This document shows, in pieces, positions 63,556-64,000 of a stretch of DNA of 64,000 nucleotides. The stretch's first letter is position 1. Each line of letters starts with the position of its first letter. The notes under the pieces are model-generated. The model was given only the letters and a program-made list of their open reading frames with translations. It had not been told where the DNA came from and did not search any database. This DNA is from an uncultured Thermoleophilia bacterium (GTDB lineage: Bacteria > Actinomycetota > Thermoleophilia > UBA2241): NCBI GenBank assembly GCA_963751215.1, contig CAVVTV010000024.1, forward strand, positions 1,052,178-1,116,177, in the 5' to 3' direction. The position numbers were made by a program, and so were the translations under genes.

Positions 63556-64000
63556 GGTGCGCCCCGTTTCGCCTCACGCGCGCCGGCCAGACCACTACCG
63601 GGCCCACCCGCATCGTCGACGCCGTTGGGGAGGCCCTGCTTCCTTGGCATGCGCGAACCACCGGCGGAGCGCTTGCGCAGCTTGGGATCGAGAATAGCAT
63701 CGAACGCCCGCCCGATGAAGGTGAAACCCAGAACCACGAGAACGATGGCTGCGCCTGGAGGAACGATATACCACCACGCAGGAAGACTGGCGCCGCCGGA
63801 CACCCAGGCATTGCGCAGCATGGTACCCCAGCTGAAGTTGAGCGGGTCGCCGAGACCCAGGAAGGAGAGCGTCGTCTCAGCGAGGATGGCGATGGCCACA
63901 ACCAGAACGGTGTTGGCGAAGACCAGCGGCAGCACGTTGGGCAGAACATGGCGGCGCATAACGTGGACGTCGCCGGACCCGATCGCCTGAGCCCGCTCGA
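63552..64000 (-). CDS. ABC transporter permease (DppC/OppC-like), C-terminal part; start beyond window end
   Basis: Binding-protein-dependent transport inner-membrane component region (...LAETTLSFLGLGDP...). Overlaps the ATPase start by 4 nt. Confidence 0.8.

Overview
This is a high-GC (about 70%) window that reads like actinobacterial chromosome, with heavy third-codon-position G/C bias. I read roughly 60 coding regions by eye from the six-frame track plus translations of regions the track missed. Gene starts are approximate, because GTG and TTG starts are common and many long opposite-strand ORFs are GC artefacts. Recognisable content, left to right: the 5' end of narG; a metallophosphoesterase; a tautomerase plus an aldo/keto reductase fused to a ferredoxin domain; a divergent adaA-alkA/ogt adaptive-response pair; a 1124-aa HATPase(RsbW-like)-PAS-GAF-PP2C signalling protein immediately downstream of a 1019-aa CheB-CheR-PAS-GAF fusion; small Cys-rich ORFs flanking a triple hairpin; an ECF-sigma region-2-only protein; DUF1059, an Old Yellow Enzyme and ChrA; a mosaic accessory island (about 21.4-28.2 kb) containing a duplicated promoter/operator module with a CRP-like palindrome, a Tat-exported FAD flavoprotein plus a CXXCH Ig-like protein, two near-identical Sel1/TPR genes as 0.66-kb direct repeats, a solo IS3 orfA and other gene debris; tatA; two DHA2 MFS pumps; a BNR/Asp-box repeat protein, a GH5-like hydrolase and a BBE-type FAD oxidase; a decayed stretch (39.4-44.0 kb) with metallophosphoesterase and SDR fragments, Lrp, an orphan STAS antagonist and DedA; FtsH; a polysaccharide deacetylase; PPK2; YedY-like Mo-oxidoreductase; bacterioferritin; a REC-PAS-PP2C paralog; and a dpp-like ABC transporter with a D-aminoacylase. 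No rRNA, tRNA or CRISPR was found. The most interesting material is the fused chemotaxis-methylation/partner-switching locus with duplicated PP2C modules, three pairs of conserved non-coding motifs (one with a compensatory stem change), the duplicated CRP-like operator module, a two-member DGINFW...SCxCxxC small-protein family, and multiple gene fragments or frameshifts that suggest local rearrangement.
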